Shown: positions 28,653 to 38,717 of the stretch, piece by piece | Layout of the letters: the number at the start of each line of letters is the position of its first letter | Position numbering within the stretch: the stretch's first letter is position 1 | Origin: Candidatus Latescibacterota bacterium | GTDB taxonomy: Bacteria; Latescibacterota; UBA2968; UBA8231 | Direction: 5' to 3' | DNA length: 64,000 bases | Assembly (NCBI GenBank): GCA_964291625.2 | Contig: OZ220089.1 | Location: 4,576,001-4,640,000, forward strand | The notes under the pieces: model-generated | What the model was told of the DNA's origin: nothing | The model's input: the letters and a program-made list of their open reading frames with translations, nothing else | Databases searched by the model: none | Position numbers and translations under genes: made by a program

Positions 28653-29570
28653 ATGCACGAGGGCTGGTACGCGGAAGACACGACCCATGGTCCGGTGAGG
28701 ATCGACACCTTCGACGAGTCGCGGCCCCACGAAGGCAAGGTCCTCGGCATCGTCCAGGCCCACGCCGACGACATGCCCCTCTACTCGGGCGGGCTGGTGG
28801 CCAAGCTGATCGCCGAGGGCTACAAGGCGTTCCTCATCCAGACGACCAACGACGAGAAGTGCGGTCCCGGCACGATCGCCGACGCCATCAAGAGCAACGA
28901 GGTCGACGTCGGCGGCCTGGTGGACAGCCTGGGCATCGAGGACGTCTTCAACCTCGGCTACCGCAACCACCGCCAGGAGGAAAACTCGATGCTGGAGCAG
29001 CGCTGCCGGCTGATCTTCCTCTTCCGCCACCTGCAGGTGGACACGGCCATGAGCTTCCACCCGTGGGCCCGCTGGGAGGAGAACCCCGACCACTACATCA
29101 CGGGGCAACTGGTGGAGTCGGCGTGCTGGATGGCGGCCTCGGCGAAGGACTACCCCGAGCAGGTGCAGGCCGGGATGAAGCCCCGCGGCGTGCAGGACAA
29201 GTACTACTGGGCCATGCGCCCCGGGTCGCCCTACAACCTGGTCACCGACATCGGCCCCTTCCTGGAGCCGAAGATCGAGTCCATGGCGGCCAACAAGTCC
29301 CAGGGGCCGGCCGGTTCCCACGGGCGCCGGCTGAAGGCGCGGCTGGCGGCGGAGGGCAGGAAGCTGACGGCACTGGGCGACGACGACGAGACCGCCGACC
29401 GGGAGTACATCCGGCTCTTCGGGCTGGAGGAAAACCGGCGGATGGCCGCGCCCTACGGCCTGGAGTACGCCGAGTACCACTACTACTTCCCGCCCGGCGG
29501 GACCTTCCCCTGGAGGGACACCCAGGGGCAGGTCGAGACCTACGTGAAGGAGCACGCGGTCGAGCTTTGA
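28653..29570 (+). CDS. PIG-L/LmbE family deacetylase
   Basis: AHADD metal motif and ENPDH; AGGAGA RBS. Confidence 0.8.
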   Translation: MHEGWYAEDTTHGPVRIDTFDESRPHEGKVLGIVQAHADDMPLYSGGLVAKLIAEGYKAFLIQTTNDEKCGPGTIADAIKSNEVDVGGLVDSLGIEDVFNLGYRNHRQEENSMLEQRCRLIFLFRHLQVDTAMSFHPWARWEENPDHYITGQLVESACWMAASAKDYPEQVQAGMKPRGVQDKYYWAMRPGSPYNLVTDIGPFLEPKIESMAANKSQGPAGSHGRRLKARLAAEGRKLTALGDDDETADREYIRLFGLEENRRMAAPYGLEYAEYHYYFPPGGTFPWRDTQGQVETYVKEHAVEL

Positions 29571-29582
29571 GGCAGGTCCCGC

Positions 29583-31244
29583 TCAGCCGGTGACGGCCCC
29601 CGTGGAGGCGCTCGACACGAGCCGCGCGTACTTGGCCATCACCCCCGAGCGATAGCGGGGTTCCGGCGCCGTCCACCGCGCGCGGCGGTGCTCCAGTTCC
29701 TCCGGGTCGAGGGCCACGTCGACGCGGCGGGCCTCGGTGTCGATGGTGATCTCGTCGCCGTCGCCTATCAGCGCGATCGGCCCCCCGGAGGCCGCCTCGG
29801 GAGCGACGTGGCCGATCATGAGGCCGCGGGTGGCGCCCGAGAACCGGCCGTCGGTGAGCAGGGCCACCGTCTCCCCGAGGCCGGCGCCGACGATGGCGCC
29901 GGTGATCTGCAGCATCTCGCGCATGCCCGGGCCGCCGACGGGACCTTCGTAGCGGATCACCACCACGTCGCCGTCCTTGATCTCGCCGCCCGCGATCCTC
30001 GGGAGAACGTCGTCCTCGCGGTCGAAGACGCGCGCCGGGCCGACGTGCTTCGAGCGCTCGTACCCGGCGAGCTTCACCACGCACCCCTCCGGCGCCAGGT
30101 TCCCCCGCAGCACCACGAGGCCGCCGGTGGAGCGGATCGGCCGGTCGGACGGACGGACGACCTCCTGTCCGGGCGTCTCCCGGGCGAGGTCCGCCTCCTC
30201 GCCGATCGTTCGCCCCGTGACGGTCGGGCAGTCCTCGTTCAGGCAGCCGCGCTCCTTCAGCCGGTTCGCCACCAGCGCGACGCCCCCGGCCTCGTGCAGG
30301 TCGGAGGCGACGAAGAGCCCGCCGGGCTTGAGGCTGACCATCAGGGGCGTGCGCCCGGAGATGCGCTGGAAGTCCTCCAGCTCCAGCTCGATGCCGTACT
30401 CGCGGGCGATGGCGAGGAAGTGCAGGACCCCGTTGGTCGAGCCGCCCGTGGTGGCGATGGAGGCGATGGCATTCTCGATGGACGGTCGGGTCACGACCTG
30501 ACGGGGCCGCAGGCCGCGGCGCACGAGGTCGACGGCCATGGCGCCGACCTCCACCGCCGCCCCCTCCTTGGCGGGGTCGGCCGCCGGAATCGACCCGGAG
30601 CCCATGGGCGCCAGCCCGAGGATCTCCGCAGCCGTGGCCATGGTGTTGGCCGTGAACTGGCCGCCGCAGGAGCCGGGGCCCGGGCAGGCGGCGTCCTCGA
30701 CCGCCTTGAGCTCGTCGGCGCTGATGCGGCCCCCGGCCTGGGCCCCGATCGCCTCGTACACGTCCTGGATCGTCAGGTCGACGCCCCGGTGCTTCCCGGG
30801 CATGATGGAGCCGCCGTAGAACACGAGGGCCGGAACGTCGAGACGGCCGAGGGCGAGGATCGCCCCCGGGGTGGTCTTGTCGCATCCGGTCATGGCCACC
30901 AGGCCGTCGAGCATGTGCCCGCGCGCCACCAGCTCGATGGAATCGGCGATCACCTCGCGGCTCACGAGGGAGGTCTTCATGCCCTCGGTGCCCATGGTGA
31001 TGCCGTCGGAGACGACGACGGTGTTGAACTCGAGGGGCGTGCCGCCGGCCTCGCGCACCCCCCGCTTCACGTGCTCCGCCAGGTCCCGCAGGTGGTAGTT
31101 GCAGGGGCCGATCTCGGTCCACGTGTTGGCGATGCCGATCAGCGGCCGGGCGAGGGCCTCGTCGTCGTAGCCGACGGCTTTGTACATGGCCCGCGCTCCG
31201 GCGCGCGAGGGCCCTTCGACCATGGTTCGGCTCGGCCGCATCAT
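29583..31244 (-). CDS. ilvD: Dihydroxy-acid dehydratase
   Basis: Motifs PCNYHL, VSDGITMGTEGM, GCDKTTPG, CPGPGSCGGQFTANTM, GGSTN, GGPGMREM and TDGRFSG; GGAGG RBS. Confidence 0.96.
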   Translation of the reverse strand: MMRPSRTMVEGPSRAGARAMYKAVGYDDEALARPLIGIANTWTEIGPCNYHLRDLAEHVKRGVREAGGTPLEFNTVVVSDGITMGTEGMKTSLVSREVIADSIELVARGHMLDGLVAMTGCDKTTPGAILALGRLDVPALVFYGGSIMPGKHRGVDLTIQDVYEAIGAQAGGRISADELKAVEDAACPGPGSCGGQFTANTMATAAEILGLAPMGSGSIPAADPAKEGAAVEVGAMAVDLVRRGLRPRQVVTRPSIENAIASIATTGGSTNGVLHFLAIAREYGIELELEDFQRISGRTPLMVSLKPGGLFVASDLHEAGGVALVANRLKERGCLNEDCPTVTGRTIGEEADLARETPGQEVVRPSDRPIRSTGGLVVLRGNLAPEGCVVKLAGYERSKHVGPARVFDREDDVLPRIAGGEIKDGDVVVIRYEGPVGGPGMREMLQITGAIVGAGLGETVALLTDGRFSGATRGLMIGHVAPEAASGGPIALIGDGDEITIDTEARRVDVALDPEELEHRRARWTAPEPRYRSGVMAKYARLVSSASTGAVTG

Positions 31245-31444
31245 CCACCTCCCGTCCGTTCCGTCGCCGCGGCCGCGGCATCGTACCGAGGGGTCGCCTG
31301 CATGTGCTCGGAGAGATCGGAAGTCATGGGCAGGGGCAGCTCCGTGGGGGGTGAGGGCATGATAGCCGCAGCCTCGGGAAGGGGTCAACTCCGCGGCCCG
31401 AAGGCGCCTTGCAGGGCCGTGGGGCGTCGTCTACCATCCCCTCC

Positions 31445-31863
31445 ATGCCCCTGCATCCGATCGTCGTCCACTTTCCGATGGCCCTTCTCGCCTTCGGCTT
31501 CTGCCTCGATGCGGCCGGCCTGGTGGCTCGCCGGCCCTGGCACCGGCTCGGCTATGTGCTGCTCCTCGCCGGCACGGCGGGCGCCATGGCCGCGGTGATC
31601 ACCGGCAATCTCGAGGCCGCCGACTTCCGAGCCTCGGTGCACGCAGAGGCGATTCAGCAGCACGAGGACTACGCCACCCTCGCCCTCCTGGTCTACCTGG
31701 CGTCGGCCCTTGGCCGCCTGCCGGGTGTCCTGCGCGCCGGGGATGCCGGCCTGGCGCCGGCCTGGCTGCTGGTGGGAGCGGTCGCCCTGGGGCTCCTCGC
31801 CGCCGCCGGCCTTCAGGGGGAGCGCTGGTCTACGAGCGGGGGATCGGCGTCCGCAGGCCCTAG
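31445..31863 (+). CDS. DUF2231 membrane protein (apparent 1-nt frameshift in G run 31816-31820)
   Basis: LHPIVVHFP...HE motif; the family-type C-terminus GGALVYERGIGV continues in another frame and ends at TAG 31861-31863. Confidence 0.7.
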
Positions 31864-32549
31864 CCTTCGCGTTCCAGCACCCGGCACCGGCCGTTGTCGC
31901 CCACGACGACGGCGTCGACCCGGCCGATGAACAGCCCGTTCTCCACCACCCCGGGGATGGCGTTGACCTGGCGCTCCATGCCGCCGGGGTCGGCGATGCC
32001 TTCGGCGTACCGGCAGTCGAGGATGAAGTTGCCGTTGTCGGTCACGAAGGGCTGACCCTGCGGGTCCGGCCGGCGCTCGACCTGCGGACCCAGATCCATC
32101 AGACGCTTGCGGGCCAGCGTCCAGGCGAAGGGGACGACCTCCACCGGCAGGGGCGACCGCGTGCCGAGGCGGCCGACCCGCTTGGAGGCGTCGACGATGA
32201 TGACCACCCGGGCGCTGGCGCCGGCGACGATCTTCTCCCGCAGCAAGGCGCCCCCGAGTCCCTTGATCAGATCGAGGGCGGGATCGACCTCGTCGGCGCC
32301 GTCGATGGTCAGATCGACGGCCGGACAGTCCTCGAGGCTGCGGATGTCGAGACCGACCTGCTCCCCGAGGCGGGCGGAGGCGAGGGAAGTGGGCACGCAC
32401 CGGACCTCGAGACCCTCCGACCGCGCCCGCTCTCCAAGGGCGCGGATAGCGAAGTCCGCCGTCGAGCCCGTCCCGAGGCCGACCACCATGCCGTCGACCA
32501 CGTACTCCACGGCCCGGAGGGCGGCCAGCTCCTTGTCCCGATCGGACAT
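31860..32549 (-). CDS. rpiA: Ribose-5-phosphate isomerase A
   Basis: Motifs GLGTGST, IDGADEVD, IKGLGGALLREK, TDNGNFILD and GVVENGLF. Confidence 0.97.
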   Translation of the reverse strand: MSDRDKELAALRAVEYVVDGMVVGLGTGSTADFAIRALGERARSEGLEVRCVPTSLASARLGEQVGLDIRSLEDCPAVDLTIDGADEVDPALDLIKGLGGALLREKIVAGASARVVIIVDASKRVGRLGTRSPLPVEVVPFAWTLARKRLMDLGPQVERRPDPQGQPFVTDNGNFILDCRYAEGIADPGGMERQVNAIPGVVENGLFIGRVDAVVVGDNGRCRVLEREG

Positions 32550-32559
32550 CCGTCCTCCC

Positions 32560-33057
32560 TCAGAGGCGCATGGCGTAATGAATCTGGCGGGCCACTTCCT
32601 GGAACCCCACGTCCGGGTAGAAGCGGGCGCCGACCGGGTTCTGCTCCAGGGTCTCGATCCTGACCGCCTCCATCCCCTCGCCGCGCAGGAACTCGATGGC
32701 GTGCTCCATCAGTCGGCGGCCGATGCCGCGGCCCTGGTGGGCGGGGTGGACCGCCGTGTTCGGGATGTGGCCGATGCGGGAAGCCCCGTCGATCCGCGTG
32801 GTGATGTAGCCGACGATCTCGCCGCCGTCCTCGCAGATGAAGACGCCGCGGCCGTTTTCCCCGGCCACGTCGGCGTCGATGTGGCGCAGCTTGCGGAACC
32901 GCCAGTCGCGGCCGCCCATGAGGCCGAACATCCGCTCGATGTTGCGGTCGATCGACACGCTCTCGAAGCAGATGGCGGTGATCTCCTTCAGGCGCTCCAG
33001 GTCGGCGGGTCGGTAGGGACGGATCATGCCGACTCCGGGTTCGGGGGCGGAAGTCAC
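32560..33057 (-). CDS. GNAT family N-acetyltransferase
   Basis: IRPYRPADL; acetyl-CoA motif AVHPAHQGRGIGRRL; N..GARFY...GF. The start may be the ATG at 33027. Confidence 0.85.
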   Translation of the reverse strand: MTSAPEPGVGMIRPYRPADLERLKEITAICFESVSIDRNIERMFGLMGGRDWRFRKLRHIDADVAGENGRGVFICEDGGEIVGYITTRIDGASRIGHIPNTAVHPAHQGRGIGRRLMEHAIEFLRGEGMEAVRIETLEQNPVGARFYPDVGFQEVARQIHYAMRL

Positions 33058-33713
33058 GGCCCGGCCGACCGGCAGCAACGGAAGCCGATGAGGTCGAGGC
33101 TGTAGCTCTCGTCGAGGAGGCGGCCGTAGCGCGCGTCGGCGCGGGCGTAGTTCGCGCTGTGGAACCAGGACCCCCCGCGGACCACGCGCCATCCGCTCCC
33201 GGCGTCGTACCATCCGTCCGTCCACTCCCACACGTTGCCGATCATGTCGCGGACTCCGTAGTCGTTGCCGCAGCCGTCGTGGGCTCCGCTCGGGGCCGTT
33301 CCCCGGTCGCGCACCCAGGTCCCGTCGGCGCCCAGGAAGGGAGTGTTGCAGCGCTCCGGCTCGAAGTCGGGACCGTAGCCGTAGACGAAGTTCCGGGGAC
33401 CCCGGCAGGCGAGCTCCCACTCGCGCTCCGTGCACAGGCGCAGGCCCCGGGCGGCGCACAGCTCCGAGGCCTCGCGCCAGGTGACGTCCACCCGGGGCAG
33501 CTCTCCCTCCACGTTGGGGTACTCGTAGCGGTCGATCCAGAAGTCGTCGACGCGGACCATCCCGGCCGAGGCGGCGGGCGTTGCGCCCTCATCGGCCCGC
33601 AGGAGGACGGGCAAGGTGGAAAGGAGCAGGGCCAGGGCGGACAGGGCGGCGCCGGCCCGGAGTCCGGAGCAGGCGGCTCCTCCCCGGAGGTTCCCCCGGG
33701 GGGCGCGGCTCAC
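33054..33713 (-). CDS. FGE-sulfatase (SUMF1/formylglycine-generating enzyme family) domain protein, exported
   Basis: Motifs FWIDRYEYPN, RLCTEREWELACRG, DMIGNVWEW, RGGSW and IGFRCCR. Confidence 0.85.
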   Translation of the reverse strand: MSRAPRGNLRGGAACSGLRAGAALSALALLLSTLPVLLRADEGATPAASAGMVRVDDFWIDRYEYPNVEGELPRVDVTWREASELCAARGLRLCTEREWELACRGPRNFVYGYGPDFEPERCNTPFLGADGTWVRDRGTAPSGAHDGCGNDYGVRDMIGNVWEWTDGWYDAGSGWRVVRGGSWFHSANYARADARYGRLLDESYSLDLIGFRCCRSAGP

Positions 33714-34657
33714 GGCGCGAACTCCACCACGCCGAAGCGGGCGGGATGGTGGAAACCCCTCTGGAAGGTGGGGCTCCAGGCGGTGTACTCCGTCTCCTCG
33801 CGGTAGCGTTCGCCGAGGGGCTCGGACTGCGCCTGCAGCACCCGCAGCTCCCCCTCGAGGCGGGAACGCTCGCCGGGATCGCCGCCCTCGCCGAGGGCTT
33901 CCAGCTTCGCGGCCAGGCTCGCCTCGGCCTCTCCCAGCTCGCGCAGCCGGGCCCGGACCCCGGCGCCGGCGCCGCGCTCGATGCGGTAGAGGTTCAGCCG
34001 CCAGCGGTCGCCGACGCGCGGCTGTCCGCCCCCGGCGATGGTCGGCGCGAAGGCGGTCCAGGGGATGGCGATCTCCACCGTCCACCCGGCATCGACGTCG
34101 GTGCTGTCGTTCACCGTGCCCACCGCCTGGACGGCCGTCTTCAGCCCGAGGATGTCCCAGTCCTTGTCGGAGACCCACTCGGGGTGGATCCGGCCGATGT
34201 GGAGGTCGACGATGGCGTTGAGGGGGTTGACCTCGAGCTCGAGATAGTCGAGGCCGTCGCCGTCGGGATCGATGAAGACCTCGACGACCTCCTCCGACCA
34301 CATGGGGTCGTCTTCCTCGGTGAAGAGGGCCCACATGTCGGGGTCGCGGCAGGCGTAGGCGATGTAGAGGGCCTCGTCGTCCCAGAGCATCCGGGCCCGC
34401 GTGGGACGGGCGATGCGCCCGTAGTCGTTGAGGATGCGGGTGAAGGTGTCGATCTGGGGGGCCGCGGCCCAGTCGAACTCGTCGAGACGGCCGTCGACGG
34501 AGATCTCTGCGCCGGCCTGGCGGATCATGTAGAGGGGGAGGGGGGACTCGCTGAAGACGGCGGGCGGCTCCTCGGCGGCGGCGGCCTCCCGGGCCGCGAA
34601 GCTGGAGGCGATCAGGCCGACGGCGAGGAACCCGGGCAAGGCACGCGGAAGGGACAC
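33710..34657 (-). CDS. Carbohydrate-binding family 9 (CBM9/DOMON-like) exported protein
   Basis: Signal peptide; ISVDGRLDE..W, MLWDDEALY, VEVFIDPDGDG, WTVEIAIPW, WRLNLYR, WSPT and FHHPARFG; AAGGAG RBS. Confidence 0.8.
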   Translation of the reverse strand: MSLPRALPGFLAVGLIASSFAAREAAAAEEPPAVFSESPLPLYMIRQAGAEISVDGRLDEFDWAAAPQIDTFTRILNDYGRIARPTRARMLWDDEALYIAYACRDPDMWALFTEEDDPMWSEEVVEVFIDPDGDGLDYLELEVNPLNAIVDLHIGRIHPEWVSDKDWDILGLKTAVQAVGTVNDSTDVDAGWTVEIAIPWTAFAPTIAGGGQPRVGDRWRLNLYRIERGAGAGVRARLRELGEAEASLAAKLEALGEGGDPGERSRLEGELRVLQAQSEPLGERYREETEYTAWSPTFQRGFHHPARFGVVEFAP

Positions 34658-34794
34658 GGTCGCTCCTTGGCATGGGGGAGATCCACTCCGGTGGGGCCGC
34701 GGAAAGTTCGGCACGAGACAGGGCACCGGCAACCGGGGCGGAGGCAATCCGGGGATCGCCCCCGCGGGGTCCTGGCGGCGACTCTGCAAGCGGG

Positions 34795-34822
34795 TTGACA
34801 GGGTGCGGCTCGAACCTACCTT
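34795..34822 (+). promoter_or_regulatory. Putative sigma70 promoter for the hrcA operon (TTGACA-N16-TACCTT)
   Basis: Perfect -35 hexamer at 34795 with a plausible -10. Confidence 0.45.
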
Positions 34823-34951
34823 CACGAATTCGATCGAGATGGCCTCCCTCCCATACAACCCTCCCACGGTCAGGCCGGCGGTCCCGCCATCCGCCCGGGG
34901 TCCCGCGCCCCCGGGCCACGGAGGGGAATCGCAGGCGGGGACCTGCGCCTC

Positions 34952-35968
34952 TTGCCGGGAGAGCTGCTGACCCCCCGCGAGGAGACGGTCCTCGCGGCCC
35001 TGGTGCGCGTCCACGTCGAGGTCGGCAGCCCCGTGGCCTCGGCCGGACTGCTCGAGCGCGAGAGTCTCGAGGCCAGCCCCGCCACCATCCGCAAGATCCT
35101 GGTCAGCCTCGAGGAGAAGGGCTTCCTCCGGCAGCCCCACACCTCGGCCGGAAGGCTCCCCACGAACAGGGCCTACCGGTTCTACGCCTCCCACGCCCTC
35201 GACGGGCAGGACCTCACGCACATCGGCGTCCTGCGGCGTCAGCTCGAGGCCAGGCTCCAGCAGGTCTCGGCCGACGAGATCCACGGGCAGCTGGCCGGGA
35301 TCATCGGCGACCTGTCGATGCAGCTGGGGCTGGTGCTGGCGCCCGGCTTCGAGCAGGTGCGCCTGCAGCGGCTCGAGCTCATGCGCCTCGCCGAGGGCCG
35401 GCTGCTGCTGGTGGTCTCTCTCGAGACGGGGCCGGTCCAGAGCCTGGTGATCGAGGTCGGCTCCAGCGTCGATCCCGGCGAGGTGGTCGGCGTCTCGACG
35501 CGCCTCAACGAGTGCCTCGCGGGCCTGACCCTGGCCCAGGTGCGCGAGACCGTCCGCGAGCGCTTCGGCGACATGGCCAGGGGGCAGCAGGACCTGCTGC
35601 GCCAGGTGATCGAGCAGCTCGAGTCCATGGCGTCCCCCGCGGGACCCGCCCTGCACGTGGCCGGGGCGCGCCACATCTGCGCTCAGCCGGAGTTCCGGGA
35701 CGCCCTGGACGTGGCGGAGCTGATGGACCTGGTGGAGCACCGCGACGAGCTGGCCGGGCTGCTCTCCGACCGCGAAGGGGTGGTCGTCACCATCGGCGAG
35801 GAGCACGACCCGCAGGGGCTCCGCCTGTGCGGCCTGGTGACGGCGAGCTACGAGGTCAACGGCGCCATCGGCGTCATCGGCGTCATGGGTCCGGCGCGCA
35901 TGCCCTACGACCGCGTCATGGCCCTGGTGAACTACACCGCGTCGCGGGCACCGGAGCTGGTCTCCTGA
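34952..35968 (+). CDS. hrcA: Heat-inducible transcription repressor
   Basis: Motifs SPATIR, QPHTSAGRLPT..AYRFY, QPEF and GVMGPARMPY; directly upstream of grpE. Confidence 0.95.
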   Translation: MPGELLTPREETVLAALVRVHVEVGSPVASAGLLERESLEASPATIRKILVSLEEKGFLRQPHTSAGRLPTNRAYRFYASHALDGQDLTHIGVLRRQLEARLQQVSADEIHGQLAGIIGDLSMQLGLVLAPGFEQVRLQRLELMRLAEGRLLLVVSLETGPVQSLVIEVGSSVDPGEVVGVSTRLNECLAGLTLAQVRETVRERFGDMARGQQDLLRQVIEQLESMASPAGPALHVAGARHICAQPEFRDALDVAELMDLVEHRDELAGLLSDREGVVVTIGEEHDPQGLRLCGLVTASYEVNGAIGVIGVMGPARMPYDRVMALVNYTASRAPELVS

Positions 35969-36053
35969 AGCCCCGCACTTCCGGGAAGGACCGCTGCATC
36001 CGGCGGTCGGCGCCCCCGTGCGCCGCCGCTGCAACCACCGAGCGCGATCAGCC

Positions 36054-36728
36054 ATGAGTCGAGAAGCGAAGGACCAGCCCGACGAAGAGCCCCACGTCTC
36101 GCCTGAGGCGGAGCCCGAGGCCCCCGGGGTGGAGGCATCGGAGGAAGAGGCGGCGGAGCCGGCCGGGGCGGAGGACGAGACCGGCGGCGAGGCCGGGCCC
36201 ACCGACCTCGAGCGCGCCCTGGCGGAGGCCGAAGAGAGCCAGAACCGCTACCTCAGGACCGCCGCCGAGCTCGACAACTTCCGCAAGCGCACCGTCAGGA
36301 TCCGCTCCGAGACCCGGGACGACACCCTGCGCGACGTGCTCCTGCAGGTGGCGCCCCTCCTCGACAACTTCCGCCGCGCCCTGGGGCAGGAGGCATCCGA
36401 TTCGGCGGCGCTGCGCGAGGGGATCGAGATCATCTTCCGGCAGTTCAACGAAATCCTCTCCGGATACGGTCTCGAGGAGATCGAGGCCGAGGGACAGGCC
36501 TTCGACCCCAACCAGCACGAGGCCATGCTGCAGATGCCCTCCGAGGAACATCCGCCCGGAACGGTGATGCAGGAGATGGAGAAGGGCTACAAGCTCAACG
36601 GCCGCGTGATTCGTCCGTCAAGGGTCCTGGTCAGCACGGCACCGGTCGACGAGGACCCTTCCGGGGCCGGGTCCGGAGGACCGGACGGCGAGGGCGGCCG
36701 CGACGAGGGAGCCGAGGACGAAGGGTAG
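36054..36728 (+). CDS. grpE: Nucleotide exchange factor GrpE
   Basis: Motifs [23 protein letters not shown] and [15 protein letters not shown]. Confidence 0.96.
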   Translation: MSREAKDQPDEEPHVSPEAEPEAPGVEASEEEAAEPAGAEDETGGEAGPTDLERALAEAEESQNRYLRTAAELDNFRKRTVRIRSETRDDTLRDVLLQVAPLLDNFRRALGQEASDSAALREGIEIIFRQFNEILSGYGLEEIEAEGQAFDPNQHEAMLQMPSEEHPPGTVMQEMEKGYKLNGRVIRPSRVLVSTAPVDEDPSGAGSGGPDGEGGRDEGAEDEG

Positions 36729-36741
36729 GGGGCGAGACCGA

Positions 36742-37884
36742 ATGGCGAAGCGCGACTACTACGAGGTCCTCGGGCTCGAACGGGACGCGGGTGCGGACCA
36801 GATCAAGAGCGCCTACCGAAGGCTGGCGCTCAAGTACCACCCCGACCGCAATCCGGGCGACGGCGAGGCGGAGGCGAGCTTCAAGGAGGCCTCCGAGGCT
36901 TACGAGGTCCTCAGCGACTCGGAGAAGCGGCAGAAGTACGACAGCTACGGGCACGCCGGCGTGGAGGGCAACTTCGGCAGCGGCGGCTTCCAGTGGTCCG
37001 ACTTCACCCACGCCACCGACGTGGAGGACATCCTCGGCGATTTCTTCGGCGGCATCTTCGGCGGCGGCCGCCGCCGGGCCCGAGGTCCCTCCGGCCCCCC
37101 GAAGGGCCGGGACCTGCGCATCGCCCTCGAGCTCACCCTCGAGGAGGTGGCCACCGGCGCCGAGAAGAAGATCAACCTGACCCGTCAGCAGCGCTGCGGC
37201 GCCTGCGCGGGGAGCGGGGCGGCGGCCGGCTCCGGCGCCAGGACCTGCGGCACCTGCAACGGTGTGGGCCAGGTGCAGCAGGTGTCGCGCTCCTTTTTCG
37301 GACAGTCGGTCACCGTCACCGCCTGCCCCGCCTGCGGCGGCGAAGGCCGGACCGTCGCCGACCCCTGCCCCGAGTGCAGGGGCGAGGGCCGCGTGCGCGA
37401 CTCGTCGACGATCACCGTGCGCATTCCCGCCGGGGTCACCACCGGCAACTACATCCCCCTGCGCGGCCAGGGCGACGCGGGTCCGCGCGGGGGCCCGCCG
37501 GGGGACTGCCTCGTCTTCATCGAGGAGGAGGAGCACGAGCACTTCTCGCGCGAGGGCAACGACATCCTCTTCCGGCTGCCCATCACCATCGGGCAGGCGG
37601 CCCTCGGCGACTCGGTGGCCGTTCCGACCCTCCACGGCGAGGTGCGGATGAAGATCCCCGAGGGCACCCAGTCCGGACATGTCTTCCGGCTCCGGCAGAA
37701 GGGCATTCCCGATGTCGACGGGCGCGGTTGCGGCGACCAGCTCGTCGAGGTTCTGGTCTGGACGCCCACCCATCTGGGCGCCGAGGAGCGGCGTCTGCTC
37801 GAGCAGTTGGAAGAGATCCAGAAGAGCCGCGCCGAGAGCGAGGGCAAGAGTCTCCTCGACCGCATGCTGAGTGCCTTCGGCTGA
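36742..37884 (+). CDS. dnaJ: Chaperone DnaJ
   Basis: J domain (DYYEVLG, HPD), G/F-rich region and four CxxCxGxG repeats. Confidence 0.97.
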   Translation: MAKRDYYEVLGLERDAGADQIKSAYRRLALKYHPDRNPGDGEAEASFKEASEAYEVLSDSEKRQKYDSYGHAGVEGNFGSGGFQWSDFTHATDVEDILGDFFGGIFGGGRRRARGPSGPPKGRDLRIALELTLEEVATGAEKKINLTRQQRCGACAGSGAAAGSGARTCGTCNGVGQVQQVSRSFFGQSVTVTACPACGGEGRTVADPCPECRGEGRVRDSSTITVRIPAGVTTGNYIPLRGQGDAGPRGGPPGDCLVFIEEEEHEHFSREGNDILFRLPITIGQAALGDSVAVPTLHGEVRMKIPEGTQSGHVFRLRQKGIPDVDGRGCGDQLVEVLVWTPTHLGAEERRLLEQLEEIQKSRAESEGKSLLDRMLSAFG

Positions 37885-37913
37885 GGCCTCGAGGGCTGCC
37901 CACGGGTGTGACG

Positions 37914-38717
37914 ATGGCTTTCCCGCGGACCCTGCCAGAGGACTCCACGACGCTGCCGGGAGTGGCCAACGCGGTGGCCTTCTCCTCCGCCAAGGGGGGT
38001 GTCGGCAAGTCCACCGTGGCCCTCAACGCGGCCCTGGCCCTGTGCGGCCGCGGCGCCCGGGTCGGTCTGCTGGACGCCGACATCTACGGTCCCAGCCTGC
38101 CCGTGCTCACGGGGGTGCGCCAGGAGCCGGAGGTCGGCGACGGCGACCGCATCCGCCCTCTCCAGGCCCACGGCCTGGCCATGATGTCCATGGGCTTCCT
38201 GACCCGTCGGGAGACGCCGGTCATCTGGCGCGGCCCCCTTCTCGGCCAGGCGGTTCAGCAGTTCCTGCAGCAGGTCGAGTGGGGGGAGCTCGACTTCCTC
38301 CTCGTCGACATGCCCCCCGGGACCGGCGACATCGCCCTCACCCTGAGCCAGGTGGTCGCCCTCAGCGGCGCCGTCGTGGTCACCACGCCCCAGGGCGTGG
38401 CCCTCCAGGACGTGGAGCGCGGGATGGCGATGTTCGACAAAGTCGAGGTCGACATCCTCGGGCTGGTGGAGAACATGAGCTGGTACCTCTGCCCCCACTG
38501 CGACGCCCGGCACGAGATCTTCGGCCACGGAGGGGGACGGGAGGCCGCGGAGCGCCTCGAGGTGCCCTTCCTCGGAGAGATCCCTCTCGACGGCGAGATC
38601 CGCGAGGCGGGCGACCGTGGTCAGCCGCTGATGCTGGCCCAGCCGGACTCAGCGCGGGCCCGGGCCTTCGACACCGTCGCCGCCGGCCTGATCCGGATCC
38701 TGGAGAGCCTGTCCTGA
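37914..38717 (+). CDS. mrp: Mrp/NBP35 (ApbC) Fe-S carrier ATPase
   Basis: Motifs KGGVGKST, DADIYGPS, WRGP, DMPPGTGD and ENMS...CPHC. Confidence 0.92.
   Translation: MAFPRTLPEDSTTLPGVANAVAFSSAKGGVGKSTVALNAALALCGRGARVGLLDADIYGPSLPVLTGVRQEPEVGDGDRIRPLQAHGLAMMSMGFLTRRETPVIWRGPLLGQAVQQFLQQVEWGELDFLLVDMPPGTGDIALTLSQVVALSGAVVVTTPQGVALQDVERGMAMFDKVEVDILGLVENMSWYLCPHCDARHEIFGHGGGREAAERLEVPFLGEIPLDGEIREAGDRGQPLMLAQPDSARARAFDTVAAGLIRILESLS

Noticed and set aside
34660-34951. CIRCE element upstream of hrcA
   Set aside because: No match to the inverted-repeat consensus was found by eye.
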